Assembly (NCBI GenBank): GCA_947460855.1 | Contig: CANHGU010000001.1 | Location: forward strand, 1 to 55,129 | Reading direction: 5' to 3' | Length of the DNA: 55,129 nucleotides | Source of the DNA: Candidatus Nanopelagicaceae bacterium | GTDB lineage: Bacteria > Actinomycetota > Actinomycetes > Nanopelagicales > Nanopelagicaceae | Part shown: in pieces, positions 44,814 to 53,468 of the stretch | How the letters are laid out: each line of letters opens with the position of its first letter | How positions within the stretch are numbered: the stretch's first letter is position 1 | Notes under the pieces: model-generated | The model's database searches: none | What the model was told of the DNA's origin: nothing | The model's input: only the letters and a program-made list of their open reading frames with translations | Program-made: the position numbers and the translations under genes

Positions 44814-45295
44814 GCTTCACCTTTGCCTTTATTGAATGGAGTATTTTTCCAACTTAACAATGTAATAAGTATCGCAGCGCAGACTACTGCCATATCTGCA
44901 AGATTAAATATTGGCCACTTGGGTATCTGAATCCAATCTACTACCTCACCCTGCAATCCCCCCGGTGAGCGAAAAATACGATCAGATAGATTGCCAAAAA
45001 TTCCACCTAACGCCAGTCCTAAAGCAATTGCCCACCATTTAGATCTAACGCTGCGAGCAAAGTAAAAAATTACTGCAGTAATTATGATTGAAAAACTAGA
45101 CAAAAATATTGTGCCACTTGAAGCAAGGCTAAATGCTGCTCCAGAGTTAAACGCTAACCTAAGCTGCAAGAGTGAGCCAATAATTTGCTTTGGTTCATTT
45201 GATAAGTGCTCAATCGCAAGTAACTTTGTAAAGTAGTCTGCAGCAAAAACTAATAAAGCGGTGGCCGCTAACTGCTTCCGCTGAAGGTAGTTCAG
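44810..45295 (-). CDS. lspA: lipoprotein signal peptidase II, inferred CTG start
   Basis: The frame extends upstream of the called TTG 45169 through TM1 (ALLVFAADYFTK), then NSGAAFS, GNLSDR, VVDW, FNLAD. An in-frame TAA lies just upstream of 45313; CTG 45295 follows an AGAGGAG SD. Confidence 0.9.
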   Translation of the reverse strand: MNYLQRKQLAATALLVFAADYFTKLLAIEHLSNEPKQIIGSLLQLRLAFNSGAAFSLASSGTIFLSSFSIIITAVIFYFARSVRSKWWAIALGLALGGIFGNLSDRIFRSPGGLQGEVVDWIQIPKWPIFNLADMAVVCAAILITLLSWKNTPFNKGKGEA

Positions 45296-46074
45296 CGTCT
45301 CTCCTCTTTCTGCTTACAAACCATACATAGTGTTGCTCTTGGAAAAACCTGCAATCTTGCTTTACCAACAAAGTTGCTGCACTCCTCGCACTTGCCATAA
45401 CTCTTATTATCAATTCGCTCGAGTGCCCGTTCAGTTTGCTGCACCATATCCCTTGCATTGTAAACAAGTGACATTTCATGCTCGCGCTCAAATGTTTTAG
45501 CACCAGCATCAGCTTGATCGTCACCAGCACCTACACCTGCTGCTTCAACCAAATCTTCCATTTCTGCTTCAGCAATTTCTAATTCTTTCCGTAGCCTTAC
45601 TAAATCTTTAGATAATTCGGCCTTAATACTTTTTAGCTCAGTCGCATTCCATGCTATTTCACTTGCCTGAACTACTAATGGCGCAGGTGCACTTTTAATT
45701 GGCTTGAGTGCTGCTGCCTTTTTTGACTTTATTACAGGCTTTGGAGGTGGCAGCATAACTAAGCGACGTTCCTCAATAATGGGAGCAGCATTTGCATTTG
45801 GCATTGTTGAAGTCACTGAAATTGTCGTTGATGACCCAGATGTTGAGGTTTGCAACTTTGCCGGAAATGGTTTTCCTGGAGCTTTCTTGCCAATAGCTTT
45901 TTTAGCTAGCTTTGGCTTGACGATATTTGGCGAACGCTTTGCAGTTTTCTTAGCAATCGGTTTTTTTGCAACAGCTTTTTTCACCGGTTTTTTCGCCGCT
46001 GATTTAACTGGCTTTTTTACCGATGGTTTACTGCTTTTCTTTGCGGTTTTTTTAAATAACTTACGAATGGCCAC
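45292..46074 (-). CDS. DksA/TraR C4 zinc-finger protein with Lys/Ala/Pro-rich histone-like N-terminal tail
   Basis: KKPVK repeats, coiled coil with DQAD acidic tip, YGKCEEC...RLQVFPRATLCMVC. Confidence 0.9.
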   Translation of the reverse strand: MAIRKLFKKTAKKSSKPSVKKPVKSAAKKPVKKAVAKKPIAKKTAKRSPNIVKPKLAKKAIGKKAPGKPFPAKLQTSTSGSSTTISVTSTMPNANAAPIIEERRLVMLPPPKPVIKSKKAAALKPIKSAPAPLVVQASEIAWNATELKSIKAELSKDLVRLRKELEIAEAEMEDLVEAAGVGAGDDQADAGAKTFEREHEMSLVYNARDMVQQTERALERIDNKSYGKCEECSNFVGKARLQVFPRATLCMVCKQKEERR

Positions 46075-46174
46075 GATACCCCCTGGAGGGGCAAAGGTTA
46101 TGGCTTGTCGGAACTAATTACCAACCGCCACCCCAATACGTAATGAAGTCGATTAAAAGGTAGCAAACCCGCGT

Positions 46175-46188
46175 TAGAATGCGGGGTG
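46175..46188 (+). promoter_or_regulatory. putative -10 for leaderless ileS
   Basis: TAGAAT (46175-46180)-gcggg-GTG 46186. Confidence 0.55.
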
Positions 46189-49100
46189 GATATGAACGAG
46201 AATCGCAGAATAAAGAGCTTATCCGCGCAAATAGATCTGCCAAAAATGGAATCTAACATTTTGGATTTTTGGACTCAAAATCATATATTTGAGAAATCAA
46301 TTGCAAATCGCAACGGCGCGCCACGTTGGAGTTTTTATGAAGGGCCACCAACGGCTAATGGAAAACCTGGAACGCATCATATTGAAGCTCGTGTCTTCAA
46401 GGATTTATTTCCTCGCTTTCAAACAATGAAAGGAAAGCAGGTAATTAGAAAAGCCGGATGGGATTGCCACGGCTTACCAGTTGAGATTGCGGTTGAAAAA
46501 GAGTTGGGCTTTACAGGTAAAGCAGATATTGAAAAGTATGGTGTTGCTGCCTTCAATGATAAGTGTCGAGAATCTGTACAGCGACATGTTGGTGAATTTA
46601 CAGATATGACTAAACGCATGGGTTTCTGGGTTGATTTTGATGAGGCCTATTGGACTATGTCGCCAGAATATATTGAAAGTGTCTGGTGGTCACTGCAGCA
46701 AATATGGAATAAAGGTTTGCTAGTTCAAGATCACCGCGTTGCTCCTTATTGTCCGAGATGTGGGACGGGTTTGTCCGATCACGAACTAGCACAGGGGTAT
46801 GAAACTATAAAAGATCCTTCAGTTTTTGTTAGGTTTCCGGCAACCTCTGGCAAGTTATCTGAATTAAAAGCTTCACTCTTAGTCTGGACTACTACTCCTT
46901 GGACCTTAGTTGCCAATACGGCAGTTGCAGTAAATCCAAAGGTTGAGTACCAAGTAATTGAAATTGTAAATGAAGAAAAAACTGAGCGGTTAGTAGTTGC
47001 TGCAGATCTAGCATCAGTGTTAGGTGATGAGCGCAAAGTAATTGCAACTTTTAAAGGGTCTGAACTTGAGCACACCAAATACTCAAGACCTTTTGATTAT
47101 ATTGAGATTAATGATGCTCACTATGTGGTTTTAGCAGAGTACGTAACAGTAGAAGATGGAACTGGGCTCGTGCATCAGTCCCCCGCTTTTGGTGCTGATG
47201 ATTTAGAGGTTTGTCGCAAATACAACTTGCCTGTAGTTAACCCAATTAATCCAGATGGACATTTTCAAAAGGAAGTACCTCTAGTTGGTGGAGTATTTTT
47301 CAAAGATGCAGATAAGGCGTTGATCAAGGAGCTTAAGTCACGTAATTTAATGTTTAAGAGTCTGCAATTTGAACACTCATATCCACATTGCTGGCGTTGT
47401 CATACAGCTTTAATGTACTACGCTCAACCTTCCTGGTATATCAAAACTACTTTGATCAAAGAAGAACTGCTTAGGGAAAATTTAAAAACTGATTGGCACC
47501 CTGAGACAATTAAAACTGGCAGATATGGTGACTGGTTAAACAACAACATCGACTGGGCCGTCTCACGTAATCGATATTGGGGCACACCACTACCAATCTG
47601 GCGATGTGAAAATAAGCATGAGATCTGTATTGGATCCTTGGCTGAGTTAGGTAAATTGGCTGGAAAAGAATTGAGTAAATTGGATCCTCATCGACCATTT
47701 GTAGATGACATTAAATTTAAATGTGATAAATGTGATGCAACCATGGAAAGAATTCCAGAGGTCATTGATTGTTGGTATGACTCCGGGGCAATGCCATTCG
47801 CGCAATGGGGGTACCCGCACCGATCCGGATCTGAAAAAGATTTTAAAGATGCTTACCCTGCTGATTTTATTTGTGAAGCGATTGATCAAACTCGGGGCTG
47901 GTTCTATACATTAATGACTATTGGTACCTTAGTTTTTGATAAGTCCTCATATAAAACTGTTTTATGTTTGGGTCACATCTTAGATAAAGATGGTAGAAAA
48001 ATGAGCAAGCACCTAGGTAATGTGCTTGAACCAATGCCGCTCATGAATCAGCATGGTGCAGATGCTGTTCGTTGGTACATGTTGGCAGCTGGTTCACCTT
48101 GGAGTGCTAGAAGAGTTGGCCACGATGCAATATCAGATGTAGTTAGAAAAACATTACTAACCTATTGGAATACCATCTCATTCTTCACGCTTTATGCAAA
48201 TGCTGCAGATTTTAAAGTCACTTCATTACCTAAAGATCTAACTTTAATGGATCGGTGGATTCTTTCAGAGGTCAATAAACTAATCAGTGGTGTGGATGTA
48301 GCACTTGAAAATTTTGACTCTCAAACGGCTGGAACACTACTTGCCGAGTTCATTGATGATCTGTCTAACTGGTATGTACGCCGATCAAGACGACGCTTCT
48401 GGGATGGTGATTTAGTTGCACTAAATACACTTTACTTCTGCTTAAAGCAGTTAACTCTTTTACTTGCACCGATGGTTCCATTTATCTCAGAACATGTATG
48501 GCAGACTCTTGTTAAAGAGGCAGAAGAATCTCAAGTTGAATCTGTCCATTTAGCTACTTTCCCAAAAATTGATAGCTCGATGATTGATAGCAACCTATCC
48601 AGTGCTGTTTCACTTTCTCGCAGGCTTGTTGAACTAGGACGAGCAGCAAGGGCGGAGTCTGGGGTAAAAATTCGCCAACCGCTTTCTCGTGCTCTAGTTT
48701 CTGCGCCTGGTTGGGAACAAATCTCAGAGGAGATAAAAACTCACATTGCTGAAGAATTAAATATATTGGCCCTAGATGGTATTCATGCTGCTGGATCGGA
48801 CTTGGTTGATATTTCAGTTAAAGCGAATTTCCGAACACTTGGTACAAAATTTGGTGCCAATGTTCAAGAGATATCAAAGGCAATTGCCAGCGCTGATGCG
48901 ACCCTCATGGTTAAAGAGCTTAGAAAAAATAAATTATTTTCACTACAGGTCGAAATTTCTGGTGAAAAGAATAGTATTGAAATTGAGATTGAAGATCTAG
49001 TCATAACTGAAACACCCCAAACAGGTTGGTCAGTTGCATCTCATGCTGGTGAAAGTTTGGCGTTAGACCTCACGCTCAGCCCGGATTTAATTAGGGCTGG

Positions 49101-49332
49101 TTTAGTGCGTGAAGTTATCCGTGCAATTCAAGAGGAGCGGAAAAATATTGGCTTAGATATCAGTGACCGAATTGTTGTTAATTGGAATGCTCCAGCAGAG
49201 TTGGCAGATGCCATCTTGTCGGCGATAGCAGAGATCAGTTCTGAAGTTCTGGCGACAAAGATGGATCGGGTAGTTTCGCAGAGCTCAACTAGTAATGAAC
49301 TTGGCTTATGGCTTGAATTGAATAAGAATTAA
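46186..49332 (+). CDS. ileS: isoleucine--tRNA ligase (long, IleRS2-type)
   Basis: EGPPTANG.PGTHH, GWDCHGLPVE, WTTTPWTL, SRNRYWGTP, DQTRGWF, KMSKH. Confidence 0.98.
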   Translation: MDMNENRRIKSLSAQIDLPKMESNILDFWTQNHIFEKSIANRNGAPRWSFYEGPPTANGKPGTHHIEARVFKDLFPRFQTMKGKQVIRKAGWDCHGLPVEIAVEKELGFTGKADIEKYGVAAFNDKCRESVQRHVGEFTDMTKRMGFWVDFDEAYWTMSPEYIESVWWSLQQIWNKGLLVQDHRVAPYCPRCGTGLSDHELAQGYETIKDPSVFVRFPATSGKLSELKASLLVWTTTPWTLVANTAVAVNPKVEYQVIEIVNEEKTERLVVAADLASVLGDERKVIATFKGSELEHTKYSRPFDYIEINDAHYVVLAEYVTVEDGTGLVHQSPAFGADDLEVCRKYNLPVVNPINPDGHFQKEVPLVGGVFFKDADKALIKELKSRNLMFKSLQFEHSYPHCWRCHTALMYYAQPSWYIKTTLIKEELLRENLKTDWHPETIKTGRYGDWLNNNIDWAVSRNRYWGTPLPIWRCENKHEICIGSLAELGKLAGKELSKLDPHRPFVDDIKFKCDKCDATMERIPEVIDCWYDSGAMPFAQWGYPHRSGSEKDFKDAYPADFICEAIDQTRGWFYTLMTIGTLVFDKSSYKTVLCLGHILDKDGRKMSKHLGNVLEPMPLMNQHGADAVRWYMLAAGSPWSARRVGHDAISDVVRKTLLTYWNTISFFTLYANAADFKVTSLPKDLTLMDRWILSEVNKLISGVDVALENFDSQTAGTLLAEFIDDLSNWYVRRSRRRFWDGDLVALNTLYFCLKQLTLLLAPMVPFISEHVWQTLVKEAEESQVESVHLATFPKIDSSMIDSNLSSAVSLSRRLVELGRAARAESGVKIRQPLSRALVSAPGWEQISEEIKTHIAEELNILALDGIHAAGSDLVDISVKANFRTLGTKFGANVQEISKAIASADATLMVKELRKNKLFSLQVEISGEKNSIEIEIEDLVITETPQTGWSVASHAGESLALDLTLSPDLIRAGLVREVIRAIQEERKNIGLDISDRIVVNWNAPAELADAILSAIAEISSEVLATKMDRVVSQSSTSNELGLWLELNKN

Positions 49333-49333
49333 A

Positions 49334-49618
49334 TTAAAGAATAAATACAATACGCATTAATAGCTGGACAACTACAAATACAACTATAAAAGATAGATCC
49401 AGAGCTACACCACCAAGTCTTAGCGGTGGTACAAATTGCCTGACAAATGCTAATGGCTTGTCAGTTATGGTGTAAATCAATTCAGCAATCGCAAGAACTA
49501 AACCAGTAGGGCGCCAGTTTGGTGAAAAAATTCGTATATAATCTAAAATCAATCGTCCAATCAAAGAAAGCAAAAAAAGATTAAGTGCCCAGTAAATTAG
49601 GCTAGTAATTGCGCCCAT
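49334..49618 (-). CDS. yggT: YggT/YlmG (SepG) family membrane protein
   Basis: WRP.G, IYTITDKPL..VR..VPPLRLGGVALDLS; follows sepF. Confidence 0.92.
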   Translation of the reverse strand: MGAITSLIYWALNLFLLSLIGRLILDYIRIFSPNWRPTGLVLAIAELIYTITDKPLAFVRQFVPPLRLGGVALDLSFIVVFVVVQLLMRIVFIL

Positions 49619-49633
49619 CTATAAATTGTTTGA

Positions 49634-50086
49634 TCAGCTCTGATTAAAAAAACTTGCTTGCGCTGCTGAATTCTTATCTTCAACACTCACTGAAACATTT
49701 GGTGGAGTTAATAAAAATACCTTTGGAGTTACTCTTTCAATACTGCCATGATGGCCAAAAACTAATCCAGAAGCAAAGTCAACTAAACGTTTACGCTCTG
49801 TCTCTTCCATATCGCTTAGATTCATTATCACCGGCTTGCCTTCACGGTAATGCTCACCAATCAACCGAGCCTCACTATAAGTTCTTGGTGTTAAAGAAAT
49901 AATATGATCCATAATTTTATTTGAATCAGCGTGTGGGAATACCTCAACATTAGATTTGGATACTGGCTTTGAGTTTGCCCGGACTAAACGTGGTGCGCGT
50001 TCAGTTAATTGGTCATTTCCATGATCCAACTCTTCCTCGTCCATAAGGCCGAGGTAACCTGCAACCCGCTTAAATGCACTAGCCAT
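49634..50086 (-). CDS. sepF: cell division protein SepF
   Basis: YLGL N-terminus, PRTYSEAR.IGE.YR, VIMNL, KRLVDFASGL, VFLLTP. Confidence 0.96.
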   Translation of the reverse strand: MASAFKRVAGYLGLMDEEELDHGNDQLTERAPRLVRANSKPVSKSNVEVFPHADSNKIMDHIISLTPRTYSEARLIGEHYREGKPVIMNLSDMEETERKRLVDFASGLVFGHHGSIERVTPKVFLLTPPNVSVSVEDKNSAAQASFFNQS

Positions 50087-50095
50087 AGGTCAAGG

Positions 50096-50782
50096 TTATG
50101 CGATGGAGGCTCTGTTACCGAGGATTGAACTGCCAATTCTTATATGTGTCGCGCCATACTCAATCGCTGTTTCATAGTCACCGCTCATCCCAATTGAAAG
50201 AGATTTAGCAGTAGGAAATGAGGTCAAAAAAACTTCCCTTATTTTTGCTAAGTTGGCAAATGCCAGCTCGGCAGCCATATCTAATGGTGCGACAGCCATT
50301 AGGCCTTGCATTGATATCCCTGGTAATTCAGATACCTGTGTGGCCATTTTAATCAATTCATCCGGTTCTACTCCTGCCCTATTTTTAGAAGTTTTATCAA
50401 GTGAAACTTGAATAAAAATTGGCATTTTTGCATCCCCAATAAGCTGTGAAATTAGTTGTGCGTAACGCAACTGATCAACCGAGTGGATACAACTTGCCCA
50501 AGATGTTATTGATTTCAATTTGTTGCTTTGAATCTGGCCTTGAAAATGCCATCTAATATCTTTAGGTAGGTTAGTAACTTTTTTGCTCGCCTCTTGATCA
50601 CGATTTTCACCAAAGTCACGAAGCCCAAGTTGATAAAGATTCTCAATATCTGAGGTTGGAAATGTTTTAGTTACCGTAATTAAAGTTATCTCATCAACTG
50701 ATCTGCTTGCTTTTTTGGCTGCGATATTTATCCGTTGATTAACCTCGGCTAGATTATTGGTTAATTCCATAGCTCGGCTCAT
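50096..50782 (-). CDS. yggS: PLP homeostasis protein YggS/YlmE
   Basis: VTKT, FGENRDQE, WHFQGQIQSNK, LSIGMSGDYE.AI..GATHIRIGS. Confidence 0.95.
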   Translation of the reverse strand: MSRAMELTNNLAEVNQRINIAAKKASRSVDEITLITVTKTFPTSDIENLYQLGLRDFGENRDQEASKKVTNLPKDIRWHFQGQIQSNKLKSITSWASCIHSVDQLRYAQLISQLIGDAKMPIFIQVSLDKTSKNRAGVEPDELIKMATQVSELPGISMQGLMAVAPLDMAAELAFANLAKIREVFLTSFPTAKSLSIGMSGDYETAIEYGATHIRIGSSILGNRASIA

Positions 50783-51393
50783 AAACTTATGACCCCAACC
50801 TGTCGACCTGCCTCACCATAGGCACGGTGTGAAAAGTAATTTACGTTCTCCTTAGTGCAAATTCCTAAATTTTTTAACTCAATTCCCTTAAGTTGATCGG
50901 CAAGTCCAGCAAAAAGATTTAGGTGATTAGTTTTTCCAGCAGTGGCTGGGTAATCTTTCGTAATTTCACCAAACATCTGTGGATCAACCTCGTAACAATT
51001 GCCGCAAATATGTGGACCAACTACCCCAGAGATCTGCTCTGCTCCTAGTTTCTTCATCTCTACTATGGCATTAACCGCAACTTGATTCAGTAAACCTTTT
51101 CGACCAACGTGAACTGCTGCAACTACATTTTTAGAAAGTAACAAAAGTGGCATGCAATCGGCAACTTGAACCGCAAGGGCTACATTGGCTTGGTTGGTAA
51201 CCAATCCATCTGATTCATATACAGATATATCTGCCTCAGATTTATTCGTAATTACCACAATCTGATTACCATGTGATTGATTCATAAAGTTAAGCTGGGT
51301 GCCAATCAATCTAGATAGATTAATAGCCTTATCTGAGTTTTTCGGATGATCTAGAGAGCCAAAATGTCGTGAAGTAAAAAGCAGACGTGCCAT
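50779..51393 (-). CDS. pgeF: PgeF/YlmD/YfiH family protein
   Basis: MNQSHG, ADCMPLLL, AVHVG, GPHICG.CYEV, CT...YFSHR; follows ftsZ. Confidence 0.9.
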   Translation of the reverse strand: MARLLFTSRHFGSLDHPKNSDKAINLSRLIGTQLNFMNQSHGNQIVVITNKSEADISVYESDGLVTNQANVALAVQVADCMPLLLLSKNVVAAVHVGRKGLLNQVAVNAIVEMKKLGAEQISGVVGPHICGNCYEVDPQMFGEITKDYPATAGKTNHLNLFAGLADQLKGIELKNLGICTKENVNYFSHRAYGEAGRQVGVISL

Positions 51394-51401
51394 CTGACTT
51401 A

Positions 51402-52541
51402 CTATCGCATAAAATCAGGGATATCGATCTCATCTTCTGCGACTAGCTCTTCAAAAGTGATTCTCCTGCGCGGACGATCAGCACCATCAACACTTAAATC
51501 AAGTGCAACAGCGATTGGATCATTTGCAGCAATTGGATCTGCTTCACCACTGATTGTGGCAGCATTAATAACCGGCATTAGTACTCGCTTGGGTTGTCCG
51601 CCATCGAATCCGGCCGCGATTACAGTAACTCGCACTTCATCGCCAAGGGCGTCATCAATTACAGTTCCATAAATAATATTTGCATCTGGATGAGCAGATT
51701 GGGCAACTAACTCAGCTGCCTCAGATATTTCAAATAAGCCCAGATCAGAACCACCAGCAATTGAGAGTAGAACGCCATGAGCACCGTCAATTGAGGCCTC
51801 AAGAAGTGGACTAGAAATAGCTAACTCTGCTGCACGGATAGATCTTGCTTCACCTCTTGCTGAACCAATTCCCATTAATGCCGAACCAGCTCCGGCCATA
51901 ACACTTTTCACATCAGCAAAATCTAGATTTATCAATCCCGGTGTAGTAATCAAATCTGTAATGCCCTGTACTCCAGATAACAAAACTTGATCAGCAGTTC
52001 TAAAAGCTTCTAGAGCGCTAATAGAGCGATCTGAAATTGCTAACAGTCGATCATTTGGAATTACAATTAATGTATCAACTTCAGTTCTTAAATTTTCAAT
52101 TCCTTCTTCTGCTTGGGCAGTACGTCGCTTACCTTCAAATGTAAATGGTTTTGTAACTACACCAACGGTTAATGCACCAAGATCTTTTGCAACTTTTGCA
52201 ACTATAGGAGCGCCACCAGTACCAGTTCCGCCACCTTCACCTGCGGTAACAAAAACCATATCCGCGCCACGAAGTACCTCTTCAATTTCATCAATATGAT
52301 CAAGTGCTGCTTGTCGACCAATTTCTGGCGCAGCTCCTGCACCTAGTCCTCTTGTTAATTTTCTACCAATATCTAATTTCACATCTGCATCTGACATTAA
52401 CAATGCTTGTGCATCTGTATTGATCGCAATAAATTCAACACCTTTTAAACCAACATCAATCATGCGGTTAACTGCATTAACTCCGCCACCGCCGATACCA
52501 ACAACTTTGATAACAGCTAAATAATTTTGCGGTGTTGCCAC
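51402..52541 (-). CDS. ftsZ: cell division protein FtsZ
   Basis: [25 protein letters not shown] tubulin signature, INLDFADV, C-terminal DIPDF. Confidence 0.99.
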   Translation of the reverse strand: MATPQNYLAVIKVVGIGGGGVNAVNRMIDVGLKGVEFIAINTDAQALLMSDADVKLDIGRKLTRGLGAGAAPEIGRQAALDHIDEIEEVLRGADMVFVTAGEGGGTGTGGAPIVAKVAKDLGALTVGVVTKPFTFEGKRRTAQAEEGIENLRTEVDTLIVIPNDRLLAISDRSISALEAFRTADQVLLSGVQGITDLITTPGLINLDFADVKSVMAGAGSALMGIGSARGEARSIRAAELAISSPLLEASIDGAHGVLLSIAGGSDLGLFEISEAAELVAQSAHPDANIIYGTVIDDALGDEVRVTVIAAGFDGGQPKRVLMPVINAATISGEADPIAANDPIAVALDLSVDGADRPRRRITFEELVAEDEIDIPDFMR

Positions 52542-52562
52542 GTTGCGCCTCTTCCCTAGCCC

Positions 52563-52647
52563 TAACCCTCAACTTGAGAGTTAAAGTTATAGCTTTTCCG
52601 ATTACGTAAAAGTAGGCACTACCGGCAACTCAATCAAACACCGACAC
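52563..52647 (-). promoter_or_regulatory. ftsZ promoter with GACAC box and downstream palindrome
   Basis: TTGATT (52637-52632)-17 nt-TACTTT (52614-52609); GACAC at 52643-52647; near-palindrome TAACCCTCAA-C-TTGAGAGTTA at 52563-52583. Confidence 0.65.
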
Positions 52648-52731
52648 GATATAAAGCAAGTAAATATTTTTGGCAAATTTGTCAAAGTTCTCAAAAAAAG
52701 TATGCAGATTTTAAATCAGTTTTTCGATCTA

Positions 52732-53463
52732 TCAACTGACAATTGGTGAATCTGGTTGCGATAAATCTACCTGCTTAATTTGTTGATTTTCGGGCAGTTT
52801 TAACAGGGCTACTAGGACTTTTGATTTTTGTTCAATCTCATTAGCCCGACCCCAATTGATTCTTACCAGTCCTCCATTGATACGAGTACTCATCCAAATG
52901 TAACCAGATTTTGTGATCGAAATTAACTCAAGCTCATCAATTAGATACCCCAGATTACTGGGTATTTGCCTCAATAAAATAGCTGCCGAAGCCAAATCAT
53001 CCTTATTATTCAAATCTGTGACTACCTGAGGCAATTTGTCCTGAATAGACAACTGTGATGGTGAAACCGGAGTAAATATGTTTCCCTCATTATCGAAATT
53101 TATAAAACTATTTTGTGATGAAGTAGCTTTTGCAATCGCTATTCGATCAATGATTGATATTGATACCTTCTTGCTGAACCAATCAATTGATACATCGCTA
53201 CTAGACACCCAACTTAGTTGATTTAGCGATCGTTTGATAGAACGGGTATCGACCCTAGCCAATTGATCACCAATTTTTGGCTCAACTCCATTTCGAGAAA
53301 GGTTAGTTAAAATCAACTGCTCGGTTCCGGCATTATTGAACGAGATTTCCTTGACGGATAGAACTGAGGACCAACCCAACAAATACGCGCAGCAAGAAAT
53401 AAACAGGATTACTAGAGTTGAAATAAAGTAATTCTTTACTCGCTTGCTTGGTTTAAAACCCAT
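52732..53463 (-). CDS. ftsQ: cell division protein FtsQ (divergent)
   Basis: Basic N-terminus, one TM helix, POTRA-like region (LARVDT..I...L..L.WV), WG...K, DLS.PD.P; located between murC and ftsZ. Confidence 0.85.
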   Translation of the reverse strand: MGFKPSKRVKNYFISTLVILFISCCAYLLGWSSVLSVKEISFNNAGTEQLILTNLSRNGVEPKIGDQLARVDTRSIKRSLNQLSWVSSSDVSIDWFSKKVSISIIDRIAIAKATSSQNSFINFDNEGNIFTPVSPSQLSIQDKLPQVVTDLNNKDDLASAAILLRQIPSNLGYLIDELELISITKSGYIWMSTRINGGLVRINWGRANEIEQKSKVLVALLKLPENQQIKQVDLSQPDSPIVS

Positions 53464-53468
53464 CAGAT

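Noticed and set aside
44810-45530. lspA as a truncated or frameshifted pseudogene, with ORF 45210-45530 as its missing 5' part
   Set aside because: The LspA N-terminus is in the same frame as the rest of the gene, so no frameshift is needed. 45210-45530 is an off-frame ORF overlapping the dksA-like gene.
46181-46192. GGGGTGGATA as a T-box remnant before ileS
   Set aside because: It lacks the ACC(GCG) continuation, stem I and specifier loop, and is explained by the start codon context.
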